This document shows positions 20,352 to 29,970 of a stretch of 64,000 nt of DNA, in pieces. The notes beneath the pieces were generated by a model, which saw nothing but the letters and a program-made list of their open reading frames with translations, was not told where the DNA came from and did not search any database. The stretch comes from Patescibacteria group bacterium (lineage in GTDB: Bacteria; Patescibacteriota; Dojkabacteria; JAHIVN01), in contig JBDRHZ010000012.1 in NCBI GenBank assembly GCA_043816305.1, positions 55,701 through 119,700 on the forward strand. Direction: 5' to 3'. Both the position numbers and the translations under genes were made by a program. Positions within the stretch are counted from its first letter, which is position 1. The number at the start of each line of letters is the position of its first letter.

Positions 20352-20425
20352 ATTTCCTCCTTAACAATTTAGATACATCCTAATTGTAGCGACCAAAGAT
20401 TAAATAATCCTTAAATTATTATGAA

Positions 20426-20974
20426 TTATTTCTTAATTTCTACCTTATCGAGTAAAACAAAATATCGTAGTCTCGATAACATGAATTTACAGGTATAAAG
20501 AATTGTTTTATTGTTAAAATCGGGATTATTTTTATCCTCTGTTATTTCATCAATTTGAAATTTATATTTTTCTCCATTCCAAATAATATAAACATTATCT
20601 CCTTTATTTAGCTTATCAACATGATAAAGTGTCTGCTTCATTTTTTGATCAGGCGACAATGTTGACCAGCCGAAACGATGGATTGCAATCAAATCAGGAT
20701 TATTGCTTTCATCTAGTCTTTGAATCCACCCTCCATTATCAAGATATTTCCGATCAGTACCTATCTCCATATCAACTCCGATAGAAGGGATAATCAGCCT
20801 GTTTTGCGATAAATCCTCTTGTTCCTCAATTGCCCTGATGATTTTCGCTGTATCAGGTTTATCTAATCTGTATTCAATCTCAGGCGAAAATACATGATAC
20901 AGGACATATAAACCTGCAAGAATAGAAATTAATCCTATGATAAGGCTAATTTGTTTAATAATTGTTTTGACCAT
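20426..20974 (-). CDS. Sortase-family transpeptidase
   Basis: N-terminal TM helix, then LIAIHRFGW (catalytic His) and TILYTCKF (TLxTC Cys motif). 182 aa. Confidence 0.65.
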   Translation of the reverse strand: MVKTIIKQISLIIGLISILAGLYVLYHVFSPEIEYRLDKPDTAKIIRAIEEQEDLSQNRLIIPSIGVDMEIGTDRKYLDNGGWIQRLDESNNPDLIAIHRFGWSTLSPDQKMKQTLYHVDKLNKGDNVYIIWNGEKYKFQIDEITEDKNNPDFNNKTILYTCKFMLSRLRYFVLLDKVEIKK

Positions 20975-21834
20975 TTCTCGTTTATATGAGCAAAAATAAT
21001 CTCAATTCGTAAAAACTCTCTAATTTTGTCGGATGAAATACTCTTTAAGTTATCGGATATGCCTATTCCTTTTAGAATAACGTGCTTAGATTTAGCAAGG
21101 TGGGGTCTATCCTTGAGTGCTTTATTCAGTTCTACTTCATCTTTTTCCAAAAGATTATTGATTTGTTCATCCGATCTATTCGTAAGAAAGAGTATTGATG
21201 GGAAAACCGTGAACCTTTTTGACCAGTCGCCATAAACAAAGTATTCAAAATACCTCATGAACTTCCTTGTAAGCTGTTCCTTGTCCATATTTCCGGTGTC
21301 ATATTCAAGGAAATACCCTAAAACAGCTTCATCTTTCTGCATTTTGAAATACGAATCCGGTGAAAAGTTGCGTTTGATTGTCTTACCTGTTCTTGTTGAT
21401 TTAAATGAATAGTGATACAAGGCTTTTTGATCCCCATGCCATTCAAGAAGATTAAATTCCGGGTAACTAGCCAATTCACACAAAAACTGCTCATACAGCT
21501 CAGCTATCTTTACGGTATGTTCCAGCATTGCAAACTGCACCTTCACGCCATTGTTTGGAATACCAAATTCTTTCGGATTTACACCTCTTGCACTCGCTAA
21601 AATGTCTACACCAAGCTTTGTCAAATAAATGACCTTCCAGTTATTGCCATAATAAAAACATTTAATAAAACCCCTCTGCTCAAGTCTATTAACAATCCTG
21701 CTAATATTCTGTCTGAACGCATACAATTTCTCTTTTTTCGCAATCTTAACTAAAACCTTTAAAGGTAAATACCTAAATGAATTCACTATATCCAGTATCT
21801 CTATTTGATTGTAAGTTATTCTTATATTCTTCAT
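20935..21834 (-). CDS. Replication-relaxation (Replic_Relax) family protein
   Basis: 299 aa. N-terminal wHTH-like region (ILDIVNSFRYLPLKVLVKIA...), typical of the family. Confidence 0.5.
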   Translation of the reverse strand: MKNIRITYNQIEILDIVNSFRYLPLKVLVKIAKKEKLYAFRQNISRIVNRLEQRGFIKCFYYGNNWKVIYLTKLGVDILASARGVNPKEFGIPNNGVKVQFAMLEHTVKIAELYEQFLCELASYPEFNLLEWHGDQKALYHYSFKSTRTGKTIKRNFSPDSYFKMQKDEAVLGYFLEYDTGNMDKEQLTRKFMRYFEYFVYGDWSKRFTVFPSILFLTNRSDEQINNLLEKDEVELNKALKDRPHLAKSKHVILKGIGISDNLKSISSDKIREFLRIEIIFAHINEKWSKQLLNKLALS

Positions 21835-21933
21835 ATATTCTATTATTCTATACTCTCTTACTGTTCCGCCCGCCGATTCAATCCATCGGATTAGATTAAC
21901 AAGTTACACACACAGTTAATCGTAGTCGAGGGA

Positions 21934-21970
21934 GTGATTGGGTGGAGTCCGAAGGAGTCCACCCAATCAC
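21934..21970. promoter_or_regulatory. Inverted repeat GTGATTGGGTG...CACCCAATCAC (candidate oriT or terminator)
   Basis: 11-bp arms flank GAGTCC-GAAG-GAGTCC, overlapping the last codons of the coupling-protein gene. Confidence 0.4.
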
Positions 21971-24681
21971 TCATCACCGAGACTGAATAAGGCGGAAGGA
22001 ACAGCATTTTCGTAACTTTTATCTAACTTAACTATATTGGTGCCACTGACTGCGCGAGTGCATCCAGTCTGAACCCTCTTAGAGTTATTCAATTTACAAC
22101 CTTCATTGATCCAATCCCTTCTAATTTTTATCTCGTTTTCAATCTGCTGTTTAGTTTTCCCGTATTTTTCATAGGATTCCGAAATAAACTCGTCAATAAC
22201 ATCTTCTGTAAAATTGGGTTCTCGTTCTTTCGGTACGTATATCGAAAACACATCTTCACCTGCTTTTACGTTTGCATGAAATTCGGAAACTTCCATTACT
22301 TCCTGTTCTAATACTTTTCCCTGTAAGTCTTTTGATACCATCATAGAATCCTCTAAACCGCACCTGTAATAAATCTTGTTTTTGACATTACCCATAACAG
22401 AGTGGAAAACATCATCAGGCAACTGCTGGAAGAATTGATGAGCAAGTATCAATTCAAGCTTAAACTTCCGAGCTTCTGATAGAGCTTGGGAAAAGTCAGA
22501 GCTTGCAAAATTCTGAAATTCATCTGCATATACTACGAATGGCTTTCTCTCTTTTTGAGCGAACCTTTTAGCCTCAAACCATACCTTTGACATAAGCATT
22601 GAGCCGAGTAAGCTCATGCCTTCTTCTCCTATGTTTTTAGATGATAAATTAACCAGCAGAACTTTCGAGTTTTTTATAACATCACCAAAATCAACCGAGC
22701 TTTGAGATTGTCCGAATGTGTACAAAAGTATCCCTGTAAGTATCTGTGAAAGTTTATTATCAAAGCCCTGCCGTATCTCCTGCCAGTTTTTCGATTCTGA
22801 ATAGTTAGGAAGAGTGTCCTCCCAAAATGATCTTAATCCTTCATATCTTTCAAATTCGATAAATTCTTTGACTTTTTCTGCAAATTCTTCATCAAATATA
22901 AGGTTTCGCACTTCTATCAGTGTAGGTGCGTGATTCTTTATAAAATTTACCGCCTTATCAGTACTTCCATTTTTCTTTATCCATTCATTCTGAAACACCA
23001 TAAGCGTTTTCATTGCGTTTATAAGCATTGGTTTGCCTGTTGTTCCCATTCCTGCATCAGGATTTGTCCTTTTCATTATCTTTTCTATTAACTTAAAATT
23101 TGAGTCAATAATCAGATCAATTTCACGCTCAGTCATACCAACTGCATAAAGCGGATTAAACCCAAAGTAAAACTTTTCACTTCTTGTATCCCATGCAATG
23201 ATTTTCTTTGACTGCTGAAAGTTATTATGTAACCTTTGTAGAATTTCCATGAAAAAGTCCTCGTGAGGATCCATTAGGATTAACCCTCGCTTATCTCCTT
23301 TTACAAGATTGTTATCAATGTCCTGTAATATGAAGTTTTTAAGGATTGTTGATTTCCCTGTACCCGTCTGACCCGTTATTACAATATGCCTTTTTCTGTT
23401 TTCGGAAGGAAGATAAACACGGTACTGCTTCTCGTGAGTGTTATTTATTCCAAGTATTAAATCTTCTTTCTCCTGCTTCGACCGATATTGCTTCTTTGCC
23501 GGTATATCAGGCGCTATGAAATGATCAATTGAAGGATCAAATATGTTTTGAGGCAGGTGATAGAGCATTGATATCTCCCTTGATGACAATGTGCCTTGTG
23601 AAGTAAAAATCTCTTTAAAAAAAGGAAACAATTTGTCTTCTGGGTAAATAAACCTTGTTTTTACATCCGTATAACTTTTTCCATTTTTTCTAATAAGTCT
23701 GTTCTGAGTTTCACTTTTCATAGATTCAAGTGCCTGTTCAATCGCATCCAGTTTGTTTCTGATGTCTTTTCCTTCTGCAATAACTCTAATACATGTTGAA
23801 AACGAGGTTTTGTATTTTTCATCCATCAAGCTGTTAAATGTTTGCAGTTCTTCTTTATCAATAAAGATTTTTCTAGGGTCTTGATCTGGCAGTATCATTA
23901 CAGGATCAAGTGAATTCTGTTTATTTGAAAACATTTTGCTAACTTCGGAGAGTAGTTTCATTGTAAGTAAAGGCAAAAGAGGCAATAGGTACAAAAAGTA
24001 CACCTCAAAGTGAGATAAAAATACAGTCAACCATGTAACCTCTTTTTTCACTAGTCTGAAATTCTCCTTTGCCATTCTCAAAGCTTCTTTATCAAGCTTT
24101 ACTGGACTTAGTACTACCTGAAAAAGCACCTTATCTTCCATTTCCATCCCTGACAGCGCTGTTAATAAATCTTGAATTGGATCCATGCCCTCAAAATCCT
24201 TTACATCCATAAGCGTGTAAACATCGTGCTTTAGAGCTTTATATTCATTTATTTCGGCTTTTTCCTTCTTGAAACTTTGTATCGGGTCATCTTCAAGTGT
24301 TTTAATCTGAATTCGCTCTTTGTAGGTACTATAGAGGTTGAGCTTGACTAAATCCTGTATAGATTTTGTTGGAGTCCATACAAGGAATTTAATCCCTGAA
24401 TAATCAGCATGTATTTCAAACGAAATTCTGCTTTTTTTAACAGAAGCAGTCAGATTATCAATAAAACGTTGAAGCGAAAATCTTTCTCCCTGCTTCGTTT
24501 TTGAATCAATTAATGAATATTTAGGCGGAATTATCTGCATGACAAAACCAGTCTCTTTTCGAGCTTTATACTTTATGATAATCAGGATGATGAAATATCT
24601 AACTGCCATAAAAAGACTTACTCCAAGCGAAGCAATTATCAGTATAATTATTCTTTTGTCCTGTAATAAGGCTTGAATCAT
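21967..24681 (-). CDS. Type IV secretion coupling protein (VirD4/TraD-like ATPase)
   Basis: 904 aa. N-terminal TM helices, Walker A IVITGQTGTGKST, Walker B-like VVYADEFQNF. Confidence 0.7.
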   Translation of the reverse strand: MIQALLQDKRIIILIIASLGVSLFMAVRYFIILIIIKYKARKETGFVMQIIPPKYSLIDSKTKQGERFSLQRFIDNLTASVKKSRISFEIHADYSGIKFLVWTPTKSIQDLVKLNLYSTYKERIQIKTLEDDPIQSFKKEKAEINEYKALKHDVYTLMDVKDFEGMDPIQDLLTALSGMEMEDKVLFQVVLSPVKLDKEALRMAKENFRLVKKEVTWLTVFLSHFEVYFLYLLPLLPLLTMKLLSEVSKMFSNKQNSLDPVMILPDQDPRKIFIDKEELQTFNSLMDEKYKTSFSTCIRVIAEGKDIRNKLDAIEQALESMKSETQNRLIRKNGKSYTDVKTRFIYPEDKLFPFFKEIFTSQGTLSSREISMLYHLPQNIFDPSIDHFIAPDIPAKKQYRSKQEKEDLILGINNTHEKQYRVYLPSENRKRHIVITGQTGTGKSTILKNFILQDIDNNLVKGDKRGLILMDPHEDFFMEILQRLHNNFQQSKKIIAWDTRSEKFYFGFNPLYAVGMTEREIDLIIDSNFKLIEKIMKRTNPDAGMGTTGKPMLINAMKTLMVFQNEWIKKNGSTDKAVNFIKNHAPTLIEVRNLIFDEEFAEKVKEFIEFERYEGLRSFWEDTLPNYSESKNWQEIRQGFDNKLSQILTGILLYTFGQSQSSVDFGDVIKNSKVLLVNLSSKNIGEEGMSLLGSMLMSKVWFEAKRFAQKERKPFVVYADEFQNFASSDFSQALSEARKFKLELILAHQFFQQLPDDVFHSVMGNVKNKIYYRCGLEDSMMVSKDLQGKVLEQEVMEVSEFHANVKAGEDVFSIYVPKEREPNFTEDVIDEFISESYEKYGKTKQQIENEIKIRRDWINEGCKLNNSKRVQTGCTRAVSGTNIVKLDKSYENAVPSALFSLGDE

Positions 24682-25481
24682 AATTGTGACTTTGTAATAA
24701 AAGATTCTTTGAATTTGTTAATCATGTTTTGATACTTCTCCTGTTTCCGCCTTTCATCGTTCTTCTGCATGAGCTTTTTAAGAATAGATACAAACCAACC
24801 TGCCGGATTTTTCAGGAAGGTCGTTCCATCAACTTGATCTGTACGGATCATTCGTCTTGTATCGTTAAGTGCAGATTGAATATCATCCTGTTTTATCTCA
24901 CCTTTGTTCTTTCGATTTATAAGATTCTGGTAGTACTTGATACTTTTTTCATCACTAAGTTCTTTCGCTAAAGCTACAGCCTCGCTGTCAAAAGAGTTCA
25001 GATTAATTTTTCCGTTGGCGTTGCTTAACGTTAACGGCTTCTTATATTCTTTCTTTTTATATTCATCTTCTTCTACTTTATGCACAGTCCCTTGTGCATC
25101 TGGTTGCATACTCTTTTGTGCTTCTGGATGCACACATCCTTGTGCATCAGAAGATTTAGTTAAAGCTTTACTAAGCGGTAAAATGTAATAAATATTAGTT
25201 TTTTTAAGACCTCTTCTGCACCAACTTATAAGACCGGATTCCTTCAACTCTTTTAGAAACTTCTGAACAGTATTTCTATGAACTCCCAAGTCCTTTGCAA
25301 GCCTATCCTGACCCGGAAAACATTTCTCTTTCTGCCATGCGTAATCTAAAAGCAAAGCGTATACGACCTTTGCCTGCATAGATAAATTGGATGTCCTCAA
25401 TACGCTTCTAGGTATCTGACAGAAGCCATGCTTCAGCGTTTTATCAAGAATTTCAATTGTGTCTTTGATCTCTTCACTCAT
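24678..25481 (-). CDS. HTH DNA-binding protein (replication-initiator/regulator-like)
   Basis: 267 aa. wHTH (RLAKDLGVHRNTVQKFLKELKESGLI). Internal 3 x 24-nt tandem repeat. Translationally coupled to the coupling-protein gene. Confidence 0.5.
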   Translation of the reverse strand: MSEEIKDTIEILDKTLKHGFCQIPRSVLRTSNLSMQAKVVYALLLDYAWQKEKCFPGQDRLAKDLGVHRNTVQKFLKELKESGLISWCRRGLKKTNIYYILPLSKALTKSSDAQGCVHPEAQKSMQPDAQGTVHKVEEDEYKKKEYKKPLTLSNANGKINLNSFDSEAVALAKELSDEKSIKYYQNLINRKNKGEIKQDDIQSALNDTRRMIRTDQVDGTTFLKNPAGWFVSILKKLMQKNDERRKQEKYQNMINKFKESFITKSQL

Positions 25482-26524
25482 TAGTTTGGAAATAAAAATG
25501 GGGTAGGATCAATATTGTTCCATCCTCCTGAACTATTCTTTTCATACACTCCCACATGAGTATGAACTCCTGTAGAAAAGCCTGTACTGCCCATAAGACA
25601 GATTGGATCTCCATACTTAACAGTTGACTGGTCTTGGGCTATAAAAGCACTACAATGACAGTACAAGACTTTGTAGTAATCATTTGTGATGTATGAGCAT
25701 AAAGCTCCGTTTCCATCTTTGAAATTTGAAACTTTTCCTGCAACAATTGTTCTATTTATTGCATCAGTTGAACCTTTACCCGGATTCTCCTGATACCATA
25801 TATAAGAAGGGACAAGATCAACTCCTTTATGAACATTCTTAACTCCATTTATTACTCGAACTACGTTATATCCTGAAGTAACCGTAACTAGATCAGATCG
25901 ATTCAAACCGACAGGGTTACCGTATGGGATTAAAAGCATACCGACATACATCTGGTACTGCTCGTAGACTTCATCTTTTTTAGGGTATGAGTAAGCGTAA
26001 ATCTTTGTCTTAGCATCTCCACTTGTCTGCGAAAGGATATTTGAGAGTGTGAAATAGTTATCACAAAGATCACCTTCGGTGATGTTTCCGTTGTTATCTC
26101 CGTCAGTTTTATACGTATCCCAATCACTTTGAGATATTTCAAGAAAGCCGATTCCTGAGCCTCTATGAGTACCGTCAAAATTTGCAACCACTTTGCCATA
26201 TGAAGCAATTAGCTCATACTCCTGATTGAATTTCCTACTTGATTTATCAATACATTCCTTGTGTTCAGTTGGAATTTCATCAAGAAGCCCTCTATAGCCT
26301 GCTAATACTTGATAAGCGATAGCTTCTAGTGCGAATATGCCAAAAAAGAAAACAACCACACAAGCGATAAGTATCTTGAACTTGTTTTTCCAGATAATGT
26401 TTACGAGGATTGGTCCAACAACAGGTGCAACTTTGTTTGAAGCCAAGCCTATTACGTCTCCGACAAGACTGTCCCCAATTTCTACTACATTTTTTGTTGT
26501 ATTTAACACTTTGTTTTCTTCCAC
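25481..26524 (-). CDS. Membrane-anchored M23 (LytM) peptidase
   Basis: 347 aa. N-terminal TM helix. HKGVDLV (HxxxD) and GVHTHVGV (HxH). Confidence 0.7.
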   Translation of the reverse strand: MEENKVLNTTKNVVEIGDSLVGDVIGLASNKVAPVVGPILVNIIWKNKFKILIACVVVFFFGIFALEAIAYQVLAGYRGLLDEIPTEHKECIDKSSRKFNQEYELIASYGKVVANFDGTHRGSGIGFLEISQSDWDTYKTDGDNNGNITEGDLCDNYFTLSNILSQTSGDAKTKIYAYSYPKKDEVYEQYQMYVGMLLIPYGNPVGLNRSDLVTVTSGYNVVRVINGVKNVHKGVDLVPSYIWYQENPGKGSTDAINRTIVAGKVSNFKDGNGALCSYITNDYYKVLYCHCSAFIAQDQSTVKYGDPICLMGSTGFSTGVHTHVGVYEKNSSGGWNNIDPTPFLFPN

Positions 26525-27393
26525 TACTGCACGATAATTGAAAAGTTAGAATTAACCGTTAAACCGTCTTTCGTTACTCTTATGTTTCCCGAAATACTCC
26601 CTTTGTTTCCTGCTGGTACAGTAAAGCTGACACTTGTATTTCCACTTGAATTTGATGAAGGCAGGTTATAGGTAGCTGATCCTGACTGCCAATTTACAGT
26701 TACAGATCCAGAAGCACTGTTTACAGGGCTTCCGTTTTGATCTTTTACTGAACAATCAAGTGAAACTGTTTGACCGATAAAAGGCTGGGTATTGGTTATT
26801 GAACAATGAAGTTTAAGTCCAGTTATCGGGTTTGGTTTTGGATCAGGAATGGGTTCTGGTGTTGGTTCCGGTTGTACAATCGGTTTAGGATTTTCAATTT
26901 TCGGTATTTCAACCTTTTCTTCCTGTTTTGGTTCTTCCTTTTTCTCTTCCTCACGAACAACGACTATCCGCTTATTTTTCTTCGTACCTTCAGGAGTTTC
27001 GACTTCAACCATAATTTCGTTTTGACCAATAATTAAATCTATCTTTCTTTCAAAAATACCTTCCGGATTAACTTCTGCCTGTTGTCCGTTAATCCATGCT
27101 TTATTCTCTTTATTTGTTAAAGCAACTGCAGTAATAGTTAGATCTTTTGTTCTAAATCCATCTGTGAGATTCTGAAATTCAAGTGTAATTTCCGGATGTT
27201 CGTCAATAACTTGATCTTCTTCCGAAACAGGTTTATTGTCTTGGCTATTTGCAAAATTAAACCCTCCCTTGAGGTATATTTCTACAGAAAGCGATATCGC
27301 AAATAGAACAAGAACGATGCTTATTAAGAAAAAGTATCCGTGTTTTAAATTTTTCTCTATCTCATTTGTTTTCATTCTGTCTTTGTCTGTCAA
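26524..27393 (-). CDS. Membrane-anchored surface protein with a Pro/Glu/Lys-rich linker and a beta-rich C-terminus
   Basis: 289 aa. N-terminal TM helix, PEPTPEPIPDPKPNP linker. Function unknown. Confidence 0.4.
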   Translation of the reverse strand: MTDKDRMKTNEIEKNLKHGYFFLISIVLVLFAISLSVEIYLKGGFNFANSQDNKPVSEEDQVIDEHPEITLEFQNLTDGFRTKDLTITAVALTNKENKAWINGQQAEVNPEGIFERKIDLIIGQNEIMVEVETPEGTKKNKRIVVVREEEKKEEPKQEEKVEIPKIENPKPIVQPEPTPEPIPDPKPNPITGLKLHCSITNTQPFIGQTVSLDCSVKDQNGSPVNSASGSVTVNWQSGSATYNLPSSNSSGNTSVSFTVPAGNKGSISGNIRVTKDGLTVNSNFSIIVQ

Positions 27394-29209
27394 GTTTTGC
27401 TAAATCCTCAGCACTGGAAGAGTAAAGTCTTCTTTCGTGAGGTGTTGCGTAAATAAAGATATGGGAATGAGTATTTCCTTTAATAAATAGTGCCTGACCT
27501 TTTGTAAGTCTTGTAATATAGTCTTTCTCAATATCTGAAAGATCAAAGGCTTTTGCCAAACTTGGAATAGATTGCTTCTTTTGAGCAAGTATCAATGCGG
27601 TATCAGCATTTTTTGCAATAACACTTCCTTGAGGAGAGTTAAGAAAGTCATCAACATCCTGCGATATACAGATAACACCTAAGTTGTACTTTCTACCTCG
27701 CCTTACTAAATCCTCAATAAAGTTTGCAGATGATTCATCCTTGAGTAGTAAGTGTGCTTCATCAATTATCAGGATTTTTCTTTTTCTGTTTGATAAGACT
27801 TTCTGCCAGATAAAGTTTGAAAGATAATAAATAGAAGCCTGCTTTTCTTGATCAGGAACTTTTTGAATGTTGAACACAACCATTGGAGAATCAAAATCGA
27901 CATCGCTTGTTGAAGGGTTATCATATAAATCTCCAAGCTCTCCCTGCTTGGAGTATTCAAGCAGTTCTACAGCAATTCGTTTTCCCTCTTTACCTTCTTT
28001 TTCAAAGCTGACTATTAAATCTGATATAGTGGGTGCGGGGTTAGAATATGTTGACGGATCGTCAAGTAGAACTCCCTTTTTTACATAAGTGTTATTTACA
28101 GCCTTACTGATAATTCCTTTGTTATATGCTTGTTCTGACAGCCAGATTTTTAGAAGTCCTTTCACCACACCAAGGTGAGTCCGCATAACTTCTTTTGAAT
28201 CAACTTCGGTTGAAAAAAACTCAAGAGGATTAACCTTAGTCGTGCTTTCCGGATTAATATCAATACTTGTTCCTCCTACATGGTCACATAGCGCTTTAAA
28301 CTCTCCTTCCGGATCAATTACATAGACATTTATTCCTCTAAATAAGCTTCTGTATGCTTCCAATTTTGCAGAGAAACTTTTTCCTGCACCTGATGTAGCA
28401 AATATAATTCCATTGTAGTTCTTTGATGTTCTAGAAAACCTGTCAAACCTGATTTTCTCTCCTCCGATTGTAATTCCATAAAAAATACCATCAGGATCAT
28501 TAAGTGTTGCAGTAGTAAAAGGAAGCGAAGATGATACATTTGAGCTCGTTAGGTAAAACTCTTCATTAACGAAATCAACTCCTGACGGCAGAAACGATTC
28601 AATACCTTCTTTCTGTTTATATATAAGCTGGTGAAGCTTCAACTGCTTTGCATATGTTAAATCTTTTAATGCCTTGTCGCTTTTTGAAAGTTTAGATAGG
28701 TTCGGAGCTGACAGCTTTATATACATTGTCATTGAATAAAGCTTCTCAATACCTCTTACAATTGCGTCCTCAATGCTTTTAGCGTCTGAGATCGCTTGTT
28801 CCAAGTCGATTGTATGGAGCTTTCCCTTTTCTGCCTTATCAAAATACTGAGCAGATAAATTAACAATCCTGTTCCTAAGTCCTGAAAGTGCTTTTTGGGG
28901 ATCAATAGGTTTTACAAACTGAGATAAAACAATTGGTTCGCTGTAATTAGTTAGATCGTAAAGCCAATTAGGGTAAATAATCTGTGGAAATTCCGATATC
29001 ACATATGTCTGGATAATTCCGTCCCCAAGATCAATAAACCTGCCTTTATTCTGAAACTCGTAAACAAGGTTGTCATCAGGAGAAAGCTTTGCAATTTCCT
29101 GCTTTCGAATCGAATCCCTGATAAATTCACGACCTTTTAATTCAACTTTTCCATTTAAGTCCTTAAAAGCCCATTTTGACTGTTTTGCAAAATATTTGAT
29201 AAAGTTCAT
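27362..29209 (-). CDS. VirB4/TrsE-like T4SS ATPase
   Basis: 615 aa. Walker A GIIFATSGAGKSF, Walker B ILIIDEAHLL. Confidence 0.7.
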   Translation of the reverse strand: MNFIKYFAKQSKWAFKDLNGKVELKGREFIRDSIRKQEIAKLSPDDNLVYEFQNKGRFIDLGDGIIQTYVISEFPQIIYPNWLYDLTNYSEPIVLSQFVKPIDPQKALSGLRNRIVNLSAQYFDKAEKGKLHTIDLEQAISDAKSIEDAIVRGIEKLYSMTMYIKLSAPNLSKLSKSDKALKDLTYAKQLKLHQLIYKQKEGIESFLPSGVDFVNEEFYLTSSNVSSSLPFTTATLNDPDGIFYGITIGGEKIRFDRFSRTSKNYNGIIFATSGAGKSFSAKLEAYRSLFRGINVYVIDPEGEFKALCDHVGGTSIDINPESTTKVNPLEFFSTEVDSKEVMRTHLGVVKGLLKIWLSEQAYNKGIISKAVNNTYVKKGVLLDDPSTYSNPAPTISDLIVSFEKEGKEGKRIAVELLEYSKQGELGDLYDNPSTSDVDFDSPMVVFNIQKVPDQEKQASIYYLSNFIWQKVLSNRKRKILIIDEAHLLLKDESSANFIEDLVRRGRKYNLGVICISQDVDDFLNSPQGSVIAKNADTALILAQKKQSIPSLAKAFDLSDIEKDYITRLTKGQALFIKGNTHSHIFIYATPHERRLYSSSAEDLAKLDRQRQNENK

Positions 29210-29970
29210 TTCAACTGTTTTTCTAAGATAAGATTTGATAAATTCAAAATTTCCGTTGTTGATAATTGAATAAGCCTTACTTTCGTCTGCTCTAAAAGTT
29301 TTCCAAATGAGTTTTCTTGATCTTCCAATTTGGTCTTTGCGTCATCAAGCCCTTTAGCATATGAAGTGAGTATCAAATAAAAACTTCTCTCCATTGTCTG
29401 CGTTAAATCTTGATACTCAAGCAGGTATTCCTTACACCTTTTTTGCATTAACCCTGACAGGTTTTTATATCTGTTTATTTCAGTAGCAAGGCTTTTATCA
29501 TGAGTTGAAAATTTCTGAACTGTAATAATCTGAATCTGATTTTTAAGCGCAAATAAAGCCTGTTGAAGATACTTCTTAAATGCAAAAATCTCTTCTTCAC
29601 TGCTCATTGAGAGATTGATCGGCTCAATTTGATACACTTTTGAATACTGGCTATCAGAAACAATGACTATTCCTTCTGACACGTCTCTGCCAAGTGCGAT
29701 TCTCTGCTTCTTGTGAGAGAAAATATGTTTAAGCATATCAAGGATAAAAACATGAAGTGGTCTTCCGTAAGCGTCAAAAAGAAAAGGGAGAAGCAAAGTA
29801 CCGACAACAATTTCCCCCAAAATCTTCTGGTCAACGGTTGAAAGGTACGAAGTCGTCCAAACAATAAAAGATAATCCAATACCGATGAATATCAGAAAAT
29901 TCCTTCTGTTCAATACCACTGATAAAAGCCCTGTTTCTCTATTTAGTTTTGGCGGTACGATTTCCTGCAT
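29206..29970 (-). CDS. T4SS-associated membrane protein
   Basis: 254 aa. N-terminal TM helices. Coupled to the VirB4 gene. Confidence 0.35.
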   Translation of the reverse strand: MQEIVPPKLNRETGLLSVVLNRRNFLIFIGIGLSFIVWTTSYLSTVDQKILGEIVVGTLLLPFLFDAYGRPLHVFILDMLKHIFSHKKQRIALGRDVSEGIVIVSDSQYSKVYQIEPINLSMSSEEEIFAFKKYLQQALFALKNQIQIITVQKFSTHDKSLATEINRYKNLSGLMQKRCKEYLLEYQDLTQTMERSFYLILTSYAKGLDDAKTKLEDQENSFGKLLEQTKVRLIQLSTTEILNLSNLILEKQLK

